Below, piece by piece: positions 16,896-27,216 of a DNA stretch of 38,740 nt. How positions within the stretch are numbered: the first letter of the stretch is position 1; each line of letters starts with the position of its first letter. The notes under the pieces were generated by a model. That model saw only the letters and a program-made list of their open reading frames with translations. It was not told where the DNA came from and searched no databases. The DNA is taken from positions 1 to 38,740 of the forward strand of contig JBATGJ010000151.1 in NCBI GenBank assembly GCA_049665685.1, given 5' to 3'. The position numbers were made by a program, and so were the translations under genes. Source of the stretch: Gammaproteobacteria bacterium (GTDB taxonomy: Bacteria; Pseudomonadota; Gammaproteobacteria; UBA9214).

Positions 16896-17405
16896 TCATT
16901 CCCTAATGAGGCTGCGGACCATTTCCAGGTAGATCTCTTCCTCACCGGGTTTGTAGCCCTTGTGCAGGAAACGCATTTTGCCGTTGCGATCCACCAGCAC
17001 GGTGCTGGGCATTGCGACCACGTCATACTGCTTGCTGACAACGCTGTCGTTATCGAACAGCACCGGGAAAGTGACCGGCATCTGCTTCAGCAGCTTCTTC
17101 GCCTCGCTCGAGTCCTGCTCAACATTCACACCAAGTACCGTAAAACCGAGTGCCTTGTACTTGTTGTGCAATTCACTCAACAGCGGCATCTCCTGGCGGC
17201 ATGGACCGCACCAGGATGCCCAGAAATTGATCAGCACCACCTCACCGCGATGCTCGCTCAGTTTCAGGTTCTGGCCCATATGACTCTTTAATGTGAAATC
17301 GGGTGCCGGTGCGTCCACGACACCAGCAGCCACGCCACCAGCCAGCAGCAAGGCTGCCGCCGCCCCTATGAGATATTGCATAATTCGTGCGTGATGGTTT
17401 TGCAT
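16896..17405 (-). CDS. TlpA/ResA-family periplasmic thiol:disulfide oxidoreductase
   Basis: 169 aa with an N-terminal signal/anchor and the thioredoxin active site INFWASWCGPCRQEMP. Confidence 0.85.
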   Translation of the reverse strand: MQNHHARIMQYLIGAAAALLLAGGVAAGVVDAPAPDFTLKSHMGQNLKLSEHRGEVVLINFWASWCGPCRQEMPLLSELHNKYKALGFTVLGVNVEQDSSEAKKLLKQMPVTFPVLFDNDSVVSKQYDVVAMPSTVLVDRNGKMRFLHKGYKPGEEEIYLEMVRSLIRE

Positions 17406-17417
17406 AACACTCTCCTG

Positions 17418-18092
17418 TCAGAAAAATATCGACAACCCGGCTGTACCCTCCAGGTTGTGTGTCGTCTTGTCGCTACCCAGCAGGTCCGAATCAAAGATGT
17501 AATCCTTGAAGTCCACACGCAGTGAGACCCAGTCGTTGAGCAGGAAGCGATAGCCCACGCCCAGGTTGACCGTAAAGTGGCTGTCATTGGCGAATTCGGT
17601 GTTACCGACGCCACCAATCAGGTACAGGCCACTGTTGAACGCGTATTTATTGGCAATGAAACTTTCGCCGGGTAACAGGTTCATGCCCACCGAAATGTTG
17701 TAATAGGTGAAGTCACGCTGGTCGTCGGCCAGTATCTGTGCGCCACCACTGAGTGTTTCATAACTGGTATCACCGGCCTCCGAGGTACCAACCGCCAGTT
17801 CGGCAAAAAAGTCCTCGGTAATGTGGTAGTTGCCGCGTACGCCATAAACCACGTTGCTGCCGAAATCCTCAATGCTCAGCACGCCGACATAGGCGCCGAC
17901 CTCAAAGTCCTCGGAATCGATATCCGCCTCGGTGATGGTGCGCCGTTCGATATTCGGCTTGATGACCGGCTCGGCCTCTGTATAGACAGGTTCCTGTTCC
18001 GTTGTGCGCAGCCAGGAGCAGCCGCCCAGCAGGGCCGGCAGCGCCAGTACGCACGCTGACCTCAGAAGAAAAATGCAAATCCTGCTTTCCAT
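17418..18092 (-). CDS. Outer-membrane beta-barrel lipoprotein (unknown function)
   Basis: 224 aa. Lipobox is ALLGGCSW. Shows beta-barrel periodicity and a C-terminal ...GLSIFF. Overlaps the upstream gene by 31 nt. Confidence 0.65.
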   Translation of the reverse strand: MESRICIFLLRSACVLALPALLGGCSWLRTTEQEPVYTEAEPVIKPNIERRTITEADIDSEDFEVGAYVGVLSIEDFGSNVVYGVRGNYHITEDFFAELAVGTSEAGDTSYETLSGGAQILADDQRDFTYYNISVGMNLLPGESFIANKYAFNSGLYLIGGVGNTEFANDSHFTVNLGVGYRFLLNDWVSLRVDFKDYIFDSDLLGSDKTTHNLEGTAGLSIFF

Positions 18093-18835
18093 TCGTCTAT
18101 CTCCTGATTGTCATCCGTCGTTTGCAAGATGACATGATTCTGATATTCGGCTCTGAACACGAAGCGCCGCGTGAGATACACGCGCAGGCCGATCCCGACA
18201 TTAGTAATCTGGTCCGTACGATCCTTCTCACTCACCAGCGTGACATTCGGATCGGTATAGATCACGCCCGTCCCCAGCAGGAAAAAAGGCGATGCCCGCC
18301 ATTCCGGGAATGGCTGTGCCAGCAGATTGATACTGACGATTATTGCATCGGAGAAATCACCGAATGCCTGCGATAACTGCAACTCCGCTGACAGGTTGCG
18401 TGTCACCATGTACCCGGTATAAGCGGTGATGATGTCGGCACCCTCGAAATCACCGGCCATCACCCCGACCTCCCCACGTCGGCGTGAGAAGTCACCGAAA
18501 TCGGCCTCGGCAAACTCGGTCTTATCACCGTCCGGGGTCAGCGTCAGCTCCATCGCCGAGCGCCTTGCCCAACCTTCCTTACCCTTCGCCGTGCGCAATT
18601 TGAACCAATCCGTGCGCCGCTTGATGACCTCGACCAGCTCGCCGCGATCGACTACATGGAACACCGGGTAACCGCGGCCCGGCCCGGTATGCAGCTCGAT
18701 ATACGGCTCATTGATGCGTATCTGGAAATAACGCACCTCGGCCTGCACGGCGGTACTCGCCAGGCACTGGAGCATGCATGCCACGAAGACAGTGATGCGT
18801 ACCCAAAATGCATTGCAAACGGCATTTGTCGTCAC
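18062..18835 (-). CDS. SH3b-domain protein fused to an outer-membrane beta-barrel domain
   Basis: 257 aa with a signal peptide ending AVQA. The SH3-like segment is LHTGPGRGYPVFHVVDRGELVEVIKRRTDWFKLRTAKGKEGWA. The C-terminal barrel ends in ...AGFAFFF. Confidence 0.65.
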   Translation of the reverse strand: MTTNAVCNAFWVRITVFVACMLQCLASTAVQAEVRYFQIRINEPYIELHTGPGRGYPVFHVVDRGELVEVIKRRTDWFKLRTAKGKEGWARRSAMELTLTPDGDKTEFAEADFGDFSRRRGEVGVMAGDFEGADIITAYTGYMVTRNLSAELQLSQAFGDFSDAIIVSINLLAQPFPEWRASPFFLLGTGVIYTDPNVTLVSEKDRTDQITNVGIGLRVYLTRRFVFRAEYQNHVILQTTDDNQEIDEWKAGFAFFF

Positions 18836-18874
18836 AAATCAATCAACTTTTTAAAAGTTACGGCGCAGTTACGG

Positions 18875-21505
18875 CTACGGTACAACTGACGGATCGTTGT
18901 AATACTGCGCACCGATATCCAGCCATTCGGCCAGCAGCCGTAATTCTTCAGGAGTCAAAAATCCGGCGTGTGTGCCGCCCGCGTCAAAAGGCACGAAAAA
19001 CGTATTACTGGCCCGGGCACCGGCGGCGGTCATGGGAGGGTTAATGGGTACCGGCACCATGGTCGGCAGGCCGGTAATTGGGTCAATTGGGCCCGGCACC
19101 AGCCGGTCCTGAAGGACTCCGCCAACGAGTTCCTGTTCGTTGTCCGTGAACAGCAGCTCGCGGTAGGCCTTGAAATGGGCGGTAACAATCGGGTCGACTC
19201 CATCGGTCAGATCGATCTGACGCAGGCCGGCGGGCACCATCGTATTGTTGGCTGTCGTGTGGCAGCCAGTGCAGGTATTGGCACCCCGATCGACGCTCCA
19301 CAGCGGGTGGATATGGGTCTCGTAGTGGATCACGATGCGGCACAGGCTGGTCCATGCAGGCGGTGGTGACTGCATGCAGGCGGCCGTGTTCGGTGCCGGC
19401 GTGGTCAGGCCGGGCGGGGCATAGGTCAGCAAGAGGGGATTATCCGGTGTCCGCACTAACGGGTCGGTCCAGACATCGACATAGTTCAGATCCATGGACG
19501 GCCTCAGCTCGTTTGGATCGATACGTGTCAGTGTCTCGGCCATGGTCTCGGTGAAATTGGCAAACAATGCGGTGTTGGTATTCGGGAACAGGCCGCTTGC
19601 GGGTGCGCCGGCATAGGCCGTGCCCGGCGCTTCAGGGTGACCATGCGGGGTTCCACTGGCGTGATTATGGCAGCCGTTACAACGCACTTCCTCACCGGGC
19701 TTGAACTGCATCCAGTTCTGGTGCCGGGGGGTGATGCGCCGGCCGTCACGATCGACCACACTAATGGCCAGCGGCACATTGGCCGGCACGTAGGTGCGCA
19801 CCGAGCCATCGGGCTGGATCGGCACATAACCGACGATCTCGCGCATCAGCTGCTGGGCACTGGCGCCGAAAGCGGTGCCGGGTATCTGCTTGGTGTCATT
19901 GTCCGGCATGCCGACGCTCTTGACGATGCGCAGGAAACGGGCCGGGCGGTCATCTGCCGTAACCGTCAACCCCGGGTCGGCCATGGTGGGGATGTCCGGA
20001 ATCGCGGTCGTATATAACGGCGTGAACTCGACACCATCGACGTCATACACGCTGCGGATGTTCAGGATACCGGCGTCCTCGGAGTCTGCCGCAAGATCGA
20101 GATTAACACCCGGCACTCCGTCCGGGATAAAGTTGGGGACCGTGCGTGGGGCAACCGCAATGACGTCGGTGAACAGGACACCTTCCTGCGGCACCACGAT
20201 CGGGATCTGCGTGCTGTTGCCCATGTCATGGATATAGATGCCGTAGATCGGGTCGGCCTCTACAGCGGCCGGGTTGGCCAACCGTGCAGGGGTACAGGGT
20301 ACGATCTGGGTGTTCTCGACCAGCCGACAGGCGCTCCAGCCAACCAGCGCGCGGTTGGTGCCGTCGAGCAGTGGCCAGGCCGACATGAAACGGCCACCCG
20401 GTGAAATGGTGTTGTCGGTATGGATCACGTTGGTGGTCGCCGGTGTCTGTGCCGGACCGAACAGCACGCCGGCATTGACCGCAGTCGGGAAGGTGTTGTC
20501 GATATAATTCTGGGTATCGACCAGCACCAGGTCGCCACCACGATTGGAATTGGCGAACGGCAACATCACCGTCATCAGCCGGCCGTCCGGCATCTCGCGT
20601 GGCTGTGAAAACTGCACCGTAGCACCATTGGTGCCGGTGGCATGGCTGTGTGCGCCGTATAGCAGCTGCAGGCCTGTACCGTCCGGATTCATCTTGTACA
20701 GACTGATCTGTTCGCGCCCGCCCATGTTATCCCAGCGACTGAACACTACCTTGCCGGACTCCAGCGGATTATTCTGGCTTTCGAGCACAATCGCATCCAG
20801 GTCATGGCTCGGGTTCGATGAAATCTGTCTGATGTTACTGCCGTCACCGTTCATGATGTGCAACATCATGGCGTGCTCATTGCGATTCTCATCCAGCGCA
20901 TAAAACGGACCGGTACCCTTGCTCTCGTCGGTCAGTGTGGCGCGGAACTGGCGCTGCCGGTTGGAGGAAAAGATGATCCTGCCATCCGGCAGGTAGTGAG
21001 GTGCGACATCGTCGCCCAGCAGTGAGGTATTTGCCGTTGTCAGACGCTTGAGCGTATCGGTGGGTATGTCGTACTCGTACAGATCCCATTTGTTCTGCTG
21101 GTCACGCATGACATTCGGGATATCGTCCAGGCGCAGCGAGAACAGCAGCTTGGTCCCGTCGTAGGAAACCTCCACGTCCTTGACATCACCCATACCGCCG
21201 GTCAATGCACCGGTAATATTGCGGGTCTGCGCACTGGGCGAGGCCAGATCACGGTAGTAAAGATCACCGCCGGGCGTGTAACCCTCAATCTCACGGATAT
21301 CAGGCTGGATCACATTGTTCGCCATGTCGAATTCCAGCGGCCGCTTGACATAGGCGATACCGTAATCTTCTACCAGCGGGTCAGGATCCTGGATGCTGCC
21401 ACCACCGCCGCAGGCGACCAGCAGCAGGCCTGCAGCGATACTGCCGCATGCATGTATGAACAATCGACGGAGAAGATGGAGTGTGGAGGGTGTATTCATA
21501 TTCAT
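18875..21505 (-). CDS. Large lipoprotein with TolB/PD40-like beta-propeller region and two CXXCH heme-c motifs (HzsA-related-like)
   Basis: 876 aa. Lipobox is LLLVACGGGGS. PD40-like strands include VSYDGTKLLFS, YLPDGRIIFSSNR and LYKMNPDGTGL. The C-terminal part has RCNGCHNHASGTPHGH and NTCTGCHTT. Confidence 0.7.
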   Translation of the reverse strand: MNMNTPSTLHLLRRLFIHACGSIAAGLLLVACGGGGSIQDPDPLVEDYGIAYVKRPLEFDMANNVIQPDIREIEGYTPGGDLYYRDLASPSAQTRNITGALTGGMGDVKDVEVSYDGTKLLFSLRLDDIPNVMRDQQNKWDLYEYDIPTDTLKRLTTANTSLLGDDVAPHYLPDGRIIFSSNRQRQFRATLTDESKGTGPFYALDENRNEHAMMLHIMNGDGSNIRQISSNPSHDLDAIVLESQNNPLESGKVVFSRWDNMGGREQISLYKMNPDGTGLQLLYGAHSHATGTNGATVQFSQPREMPDGRLMTVMLPFANSNRGGDLVLVDTQNYIDNTFPTAVNAGVLFGPAQTPATTNVIHTDNTISPGGRFMSAWPLLDGTNRALVGWSACRLVENTQIVPCTPARLANPAAVEADPIYGIYIHDMGNSTQIPIVVPQEGVLFTDVIAVAPRTVPNFIPDGVPGVNLDLAADSEDAGILNIRSVYDVDGVEFTPLYTTAIPDIPTMADPGLTVTADDRPARFLRIVKSVGMPDNDTKQIPGTAFGASAQQLMREIVGYVPIQPDGSVRTYVPANVPLAISVVDRDGRRITPRHQNWMQFKPGEEVRCNGCHNHASGTPHGHPEAPGTAYAGAPASGLFPNTNTALFANFTETMAETLTRIDPNELRPSMDLNYVDVWTDPLVRTPDNPLLLTYAPPGLTTPAPNTAACMQSPPPAWTSLCRIVIHYETHIHPLWSVDRGANTCTGCHTTANNTMVPAGLRQIDLTDGVDPIVTAHFKAYRELLFTDNEQELVGGVLQDRLVPGPIDPITGLPTMVPVPINPPMTAAGARASNTFFVPFDAGGTHAGFLTPEELRLLAEWLDIGAQYYNDPSVVP

Positions 21506-21826
21506 GGGTGATCGGCTCTCCGTCTGGCAAACCTTAAGGGCATCCGTAAGTTTTTCGCATCAACCGGCCAGGCGCGTCGTGCAAACGGCTGCTCCGTTCG
21601 CCACAGGCGTCTAAATCAGTCTTACATACGGCATTTTGGGGTGATTAGAGGCAAAAAAGTGTGACCGGCATCCCGTTTTCGGGACTATGGCCTGAGTGGG
21701 GTGGTTTTGCTGGCCCGAGTGGCCAAAACGAGAACCACATCACAGAAAAACAAGCCTGCAGCCATCAGGATTTACCTACACAGGCCGAACGCTGGCAATC
21801 AAGGCAGGCATACCGGGGCGAGACGG

Positions 21827-23035
21827 ATGAAATATCAACCAAAGGCAATCGATCTGATTACACGCGGTCTGGTTCAGGGGCTGGCCACCACGCTCCTGCT
21901 GGGGCTGCTGATGTCGTTGACAGCCACGGCTGTGGCCGGTGATCTTGAGCGCCGCCAGGCCAAGCGCATCCATGACCGCATTGCCGGGGTGCCGCCATCC
22001 AATACCGTTCTCACCAATATGGAAAACGCCATCATTGGCAATAATGCGCTGGGCGCGGCCGATATGGCGATGGCCAACAGTGCCTTCTACAACGTAACGC
22101 TGAAGAATTTCGCCACACCCTGGACCAACCGCGACCAGACCGTATTCGCGCCACTGAACGATTACACGGCCACGGTCATTGGCATGATCCGCGATGATGT
22201 GCCGTTCAATGCACTCCTGTCCGCCGACCTGGTCTATACCGGCTCGGGCCCTGGCATTCCGGCCTACTCAATGACAGATAATGCGCATTACGCGGCACTG
22301 GAAAACCAGGGTGTCGACCTTATGGCCAACCTGGCGCCGGTGGCGCAATCGCAGGTTACAACACTGCTGCCCGGAGAAACGGCCGGCATTATGACTACAC
22401 GTGCCGCAGCCGAGGCCTTCTTTGTGGCCGGCACCAACCGTGCGATGTTTCGCTTCACATTGCTGAATCACCTGTGCAATGACCTGGAGCAGGTGAAAGA
22501 CACCAGTCGTCCTACCGACCGCATCCGCCAGGATATCTCGCGCAGCCCCGGTGGCGACAGCCGCATATTTCTAAACTCCTGCGTAGGCTGCCACAGCGGC
22601 ATGGATCCGATGGCCCAGGCCTTCGCTTATTACAACTTCAACGAAAACAACGGCAGCCTCGAATACACGCCCGGTATCGTACAACCCAAGTACTTTATCA
22701 ATGCAGACACCTTCAAGTACGGCTACGTGACGCCGGATGACCGCTGGGACAACTACTGGCGCAGCGGCCAGAACTCGCTACTGGGCTGGGCTACGGCCGG
22801 TGCCGGTGGCACCGGCAGCGGTAACGGCGCCAAGTCGCTTGGTGACGAGCTGGCCAACAGTCGCGCCTTCGCGTCCTGCCAGGTGAAAAAGGTATTCAAG
22901 GCCGTTTGCCTGCATGAGCCAGGCAACGCCACCGATCGCAACAAGGTCGAGACCATTACCGACAACTTCATAGCGAACAACTACAGCATGAAATCGGTGT
23001 TCGCTGAAACCGCCGTCTACTGCATGGGTAACTGA
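21827..23035 (+). CDS. Secreted monoheme-motif protein, PSCyt3/DUF1588-like (planctomycete-type cytochrome family)
   Basis: The ORF opens at 21701. I start it at the ATG at 21827 (MKYQPKAIDL..., with a signal peptide ending TAVAG). The motif NSCVGCHSGMDPMAQAFAYYNF resembles the C-x-x-C-H-x-x-x-D-P pattern of PSCyt3. Confidence 0.65.
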   Translation: MKYQPKAIDLITRGLVQGLATTLLLGLLMSLTATAVAGDLERRQAKRIHDRIAGVPPSNTVLTNMENAIIGNNALGAADMAMANSAFYNVTLKNFATPWTNRDQTVFAPLNDYTATVIGMIRDDVPFNALLSADLVYTGSGPGIPAYSMTDNAHYAALENQGVDLMANLAPVAQSQVTTLLPGETAGIMTTRAAAEAFFVAGTNRAMFRFTLLNHLCNDLEQVKDTSRPTDRIRQDISRSPGGDSRIFLNSCVGCHSGMDPMAQAFAYYNFNENNGSLEYTPGIVQPKYFINADTFKYGYVTPDDRWDNYWRSGQNSLLGWATAGAGGTGSGNGAKSLGDELANSRAFASCQVKKVFKAVCLHEPGNATDRNKVETITDNFIANNYSMKSVFAETAVYCMGN

Positions 23036-23038
23036 GGC

Positions 23039-25582
23039 ATGAAAGCATCCATACTAAAATACCTGCGTGTTCGTACCCTGCAAGTGTCGCTGATCGCGCT
23101 GCTGGGCGCTGGCCTCGCGGCCTGTGGTGGTGGTGAGAGCACCGTTCAGAACCAGAACACATCGGGCTCCGGCGCGGCAACGACCTACACCGGACCTGCG
23201 CCGGCAACTGCCGATGTACAGGCCTTCAAGCTGAATGTCTGGGACAACCTGAACCCGACCAATCGCTGTAACGACTGCCATGACGTGGGGGGTATTGCAC
23301 CGACGCCATTCGTACGCATGGATGATGTTAACCTGGCTTATGCCGCCGTGAACTCCCTGGTTGATTTGCAGACACCGGCCAATTCCGCCCTGGTGACCAA
23401 GATGACAGCCGGTAGCGGGCATAACTGCTGGCTGGGCAGTAACCAGGCCTGTGCAGACGTGATTACCGCCTACATCACCGCCTGGGCTGGTGGTGCAACG
23501 AGTGGCGGCAATGTCATCACACTGACCCCCCCGAGCCCGTTGAAGGACCCGGGCGCATTCAAGAATTTTCCGCCCAGTTCGGCGCTGTTCGCCAGTACTG
23601 TACACCCGTTGCTGGTGGCCAACTGTACGAACTGTCACGTCGACTCTGCCGCCGATGCGCAGTCGCCGTTCTTTGCCGACACTGACGCCGATTCCGCCTA
23701 TGAGGCCGCCAAGGCGAAGATGAACCTGAATGACCCGGCGGATTCGCGTTTCGTCATCCGCCTGCGCGATCAATTCCATAACTGCTGGGACCCGAACGCG
23801 ACTGGCAGCTCGGATTGCCCGACCTCGGCCACCGTGATGGAAAACGCCATCATCGCCTTCGCCAATGGCGTCCAGGCCACACCGGTCACTCACCCGGTCA
23901 CCAGCAAGGCAATGATCCTGGCGCTGGACGGCATCGTATCGAGTGGCGGCAGCCGCATCGAGGACAATGTCATCGCGAAATACGAATTCAAGACCGGCTC
24001 CGGCACGCGGGTGTTCGACACCAGCGGCGTTTCGCCTGACACGCACCTTGACCTGAGTGGTGGCTACAGCTGGGTCGGCGGCTGGGGTATCGACCTCACC
24101 AATGGCAAGGCACAGGCACTGACGGGTGACAGTGTCAAACTGTACAACATGATCACTGCAACCGGTGAGTACACCATTGAGGCGTGGGTTGCACCGGCCA
24201 ATGTGAGCCAGGACAACACGGCGCGCATTATCAGCTACTCCGCCGGTACCTCGCAGCGAAACTTCACCCTCGGTCAAAGCCTGTATAACTACGATGTCAT
24301 GCACCGCAGTACAACCACCGATCTGAACGGCGAACCCACGCTGTCGACGGCCGATGCCGATGAAGACCTGCAGGCGACGCTGCAACACGTGGTCGTCACC
24401 TACGACCCGGTCAACGGCCGCCGCATCTATGTCAATGGAACCTTCACCGACGATATCGATCCGATTGCCGGCGGCACACTGGTTGACTGGGACAACAGCT
24501 TTGCCTTCGTAATGGGCAACGAGGTCTCCAATGACCGCCCCTGGGCCGGTACGATCCGCTTCGTCGCCATCCATAACCGTGCACTGGATCAGGCGGCGAT
24601 CACCCAGAACTTCAACGTGGGCGTGGGCGAGAAATTCTTCCTGCTGTTCAACGTGGGTACGCACAGCGGCAATCCGCAGGACTACGTCCTGTTTGAGGTC
24701 AGCCAGTTCGACAGCTACAGCTACCTGTTTAACAATCCGCGCTATATCAGTCTCGACTCAAACGTAATACCGGATGGAATCGCGCTTGCCGGGATGCGTA
24801 TCGGTGTCAACGGATCCGAGGCGACGGTGGGCCAGGCCTATACGAACATCAATACCACCATCAGCAGTTCCCTGTATACGCCGGGCATGGGTCAACCGCT
24901 GTCGCCGATGGGGACAGTCATCCCGCTGCAAAACGGTGCGAGCTTCGACGAGTTTTTCCTGACCTTCGAAGTGCTTGGTGGCAGCACTCATGCGTTCAGT
25001 GAACCGCCAGTCGTAGCGCCGGCTTCACCCCCGGATTTGCCGGCGGCCCCGGTCATCGGCCTGCGCACCTTCGATGAAATCGACGCTACCATGTCCAGCA
25101 TCACTGATGTCAGCCGTGAGCAGGTCGATGTCGAAGGTGTCTACCAGACCGTGAAGCAGCAGCTGCCGACCGTCGAGAGCATCGAAGGCTTCCTGTCCGC
25201 CCACCAGATGGCCATATCGCAGATGGCGATTGAGTACTGCAGCGCCCTGGTGGACAACAACGGGCAGACCAGCCGTGACAGCTATTTCCCGAATTTCTTC
25301 CCGCCGAATGGTCAGGCACCGGCCGCTGCCGATACTGCATTCGACACGGCGGGCAAACGCGACATGATCATCATTCCGCTGATGAACAAGGTCATGAACA
25401 CGAACCTCACAGTGCAGCCTGATACGGCCGATGTGACTACTGAGCTGGACAGCCTGATCACGAAGCTGACTGCCTGTGCATCAGGCCCGGCGCCGACCTG
25501 CGCAACCACGCAGCGGACCGAACAAGTTGTCAAGTCAGTCTGTGCCGCGACACTTGGCAGTGCCGCGATGCTGATCCAATAA
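23039..25582 (+). CDS. Large lipoprotein with two PSCyt1-like CXXCH motifs and a LamG (concanavalin-A-like) domain
   Basis: 847 aa. Lipobox is GAGLAACGGGES. Heme motifs are NRCNDCHDV and VANCTNCHVD. The LamG signature is YTIEAWVAP...HVVVTYDPVNGRRIYVNGTF...FVMGNE...GTIRFVAIHNRALDQAAITQNF. Starts 3 nt after the previous stop. Confidence 0.75.
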   Translation: MKASILKYLRVRTLQVSLIALLGAGLAACGGGESTVQNQNTSGSGAATTYTGPAPATADVQAFKLNVWDNLNPTNRCNDCHDVGGIAPTPFVRMDDVNLAYAAVNSLVDLQTPANSALVTKMTAGSGHNCWLGSNQACADVITAYITAWAGGATSGGNVITLTPPSPLKDPGAFKNFPPSSALFASTVHPLLVANCTNCHVDSAADAQSPFFADTDADSAYEAAKAKMNLNDPADSRFVIRLRDQFHNCWDPNATGSSDCPTSATVMENAIIAFANGVQATPVTHPVTSKAMILALDGIVSSGGSRIEDNVIAKYEFKTGSGTRVFDTSGVSPDTHLDLSGGYSWVGGWGIDLTNGKAQALTGDSVKLYNMITATGEYTIEAWVAPANVSQDNTARIISYSAGTSQRNFTLGQSLYNYDVMHRSTTTDLNGEPTLSTADADEDLQATLQHVVVTYDPVNGRRIYVNGTFTDDIDPIAGGTLVDWDNSFAFVMGNEVSNDRPWAGTIRFVAIHNRALDQAAITQNFNVGVGEKFFLLFNVGTHSGNPQDYVLFEVSQFDSYSYLFNNPRYISLDSNVIPDGIALAGMRIGVNGSEATVGQAYTNINTTISSSLYTPGMGQPLSPMGTVIPLQNGASFDEFFLTFEVLGGSTHAFSEPPVVAPASPPDLPAAPVIGLRTFDEIDATMSSITDVSREQVDVEGVYQTVKQQLPTVESIEGFLSAHQMAISQMAIEYCSALVDNNGQTSRDSYFPNFFPPNGQAPAAADTAFDTAGKRDMIIIPLMNKVMNTNLTVQPDTADVTTELDSLITKLTACASGPAPTCATTQRTEQVVKSVCAATLGSAAMLIQ

Positions 25583-25599
25583 TTCACGAGGAAACCAAG

Positions 25600-27216
25600 A
25601 TGGCCAGAAATCGTAAATTCCGTGCCCTCAACGAGCCACTGCGTCTGAACGACCATGGACGGCCGCGGACCCGCCGTGAATTTCTGGGCCAGGGCCTGAC
25701 TGCCGGCCTGGGTCTGGTGACCGGACCGACACTGTTCAGCCTGTTCGCCAACCCGCGTGAGGCTGCCGCCGCGCTGTCCCCGGACATCGAGCTACTCAAG
25801 GCCGCCTGCGGAATCAGCACCCTGGGCTCCGGCAAGATCCCGTTTATCGCCTTCGACCTGGCCGGCGGCGCCAACATATCCGGCTCTAATGTACTGGTCG
25901 GGCAGCAGGGCGGGCAGCTGGATTTCCTCAGCACACAGGGATACAGCAAACTCGGCCTGCCGGGTGATATGACGCCGGCATCCATTGACCCGAACACGGG
26001 ACTCAGCTTTATCAACACCGATTTCGGCCTGGCCTTCCACTCGACCAGCGCCATGCTACAGGGTATTTCGGAGAAAGCAGTGGCACGGGCCGCTGAAATC
26101 AACGGCGCCATCATCCCGGCCCGCTCGGATAACGATACCGGCAACAACCCGCATAACCCGATGTACGGCCTGGCCAAGTATGTGCTGTCAGATCCGAGCA
26201 TCTCCGCCTATGGCAGCGTGGTCGATCTGATCGGTTCGCGCAGTTCGGAATCGGGCGGTAATTCGATGTCTCCGGCCATGATGGTCGATTCCGCCCTGCG
26301 GCCGACCAAGGTGGATCGACCCTCAGACGTGACCGGCATGGTCGATACCGGCGATCTGATCGGTGTACTGTCGCAGGCCGATGCAGTAGCCGTGATGGAA
26401 TCGATCGAGCGACTCAGCAAATTCAAACTGGACAAGGTGGATACCCAGGTCACGGCCGACGCCGTCATCAAGGACCTGGTTCAGTGCGGTTATGTGAAGT
26501 CTGCGGACATTGCCGATCGCTTTGGCGACCCGACCTCACTGGACCCGGCACAGGATCCGGACATTGTCGGACCGGGCGGAATTTTCACGCAGAATGAATT
26601 CGATAACGACAGCGAATTCCGCAAGACAGCCTCGGTCATGAAGATGGTGGTCAATGGCTTTGCCGGCGCCGGCACGGTTACCATGGGTGGTTACGACTAC
26701 CATACCGGCGACCGCACCACAGGCGAGGCGCGCGACCTGCGCGCCGGACGCTGCATCGGCGCCTGCCTGGAATACGCGGCCCGCGCCAACAACGGCAACG
26801 GCGTACCGCTGATGGTGTATGTCTTCAGCGACGGTTCGGTATTCAGCAACGGCAATACTGATGATAATGCCGGTGGCAAGGGTGTCTGGACCGGTGATAA
26901 CTCATCCACCGCGGCCTCGTTCTTTATGGTCTACAATCCGGGCAGTCGTCCTGTGCTACTGGGTGCCGGTGCAGCTGAACAGGCCTTGCACCAGCAGATC
27001 GGCTGGATGCGGCCTGATGCCTCGGTCGAAACCAATGCCACACCCGCCGCCCTGCAGGTCAACCTGCTGGTCGAAACGGTCATTCTTAATTACATGGCAC
27101 TGCATAATGATGGAGCAGCAAGTTTCTCCAGCATATTTCCCAACCATGGCCTTGGCAATAGTGCCATGATGGACAGCCTGACCGCCTTTCAGAGTATCGT
27201 TAACGGCTTCATCTGA
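25600..27216 (+). CDS. Tat-exported protein, DUF1501-like (sulfatase/phosphatase-fold family of unknown function)
   Basis: 538 aa. Twin-arginine motif is RTRREFLGQGLTAGLGLV. FDLAGGANISGS and MGGYDYHTGD resemble the GG..S and GGWDTH motifs I recall from DUF1501. A GAGGA RBS precedes the ATG. Confidence 0.6.
   Translation: MARNRKFRALNEPLRLNDHGRPRTRREFLGQGLTAGLGLVTGPTLFSLFANPREAAAALSPDIELLKAACGISTLGSGKIPFIAFDLAGGANISGSNVLVGQQGGQLDFLSTQGYSKLGLPGDMTPASIDPNTGLSFINTDFGLAFHSTSAMLQGISEKAVARAAEINGAIIPARSDNDTGNNPHNPMYGLAKYVLSDPSISAYGSVVDLIGSRSSESGGNSMSPAMMVDSALRPTKVDRPSDVTGMVDTGDLIGVLSQADAVAVMESIERLSKFKLDKVDTQVTADAVIKDLVQCGYVKSADIADRFGDPTSLDPAQDPDIVGPGGIFTQNEFDNDSEFRKTASVMKMVVNGFAGAGTVTMGGYDYHTGDRTTGEARDLRAGRCIGACLEYAARANNGNGVPLMVYVFSDGSVFSNGNTDDNAGGKGVWTGDNSSTAASFFMVYNPGSRPVLLGAGAAEQALHQQIGWMRPDASVETNATPAALQVNLLVETVILNYMALHNDGAASFSSIFPNHGLGNSAMMDSLTAFQSIVNGFI

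Noticed and set aside
21704-21729. Hairpin GTTTTGCTGGCC-cgagt-GGCCAAAAC in the divergent intergenic region, and TCCCG-tttt-CGGGA at 21671-21684. These are possible terminators or riboswitch pieces.
   Set aside because: There is no flanking U-tract, no upstream gene to terminate, and no recognisable riboswitch consensus. They are probably ordinary 5'-leader structure, worth revisiting only if TSS data show a long leader.
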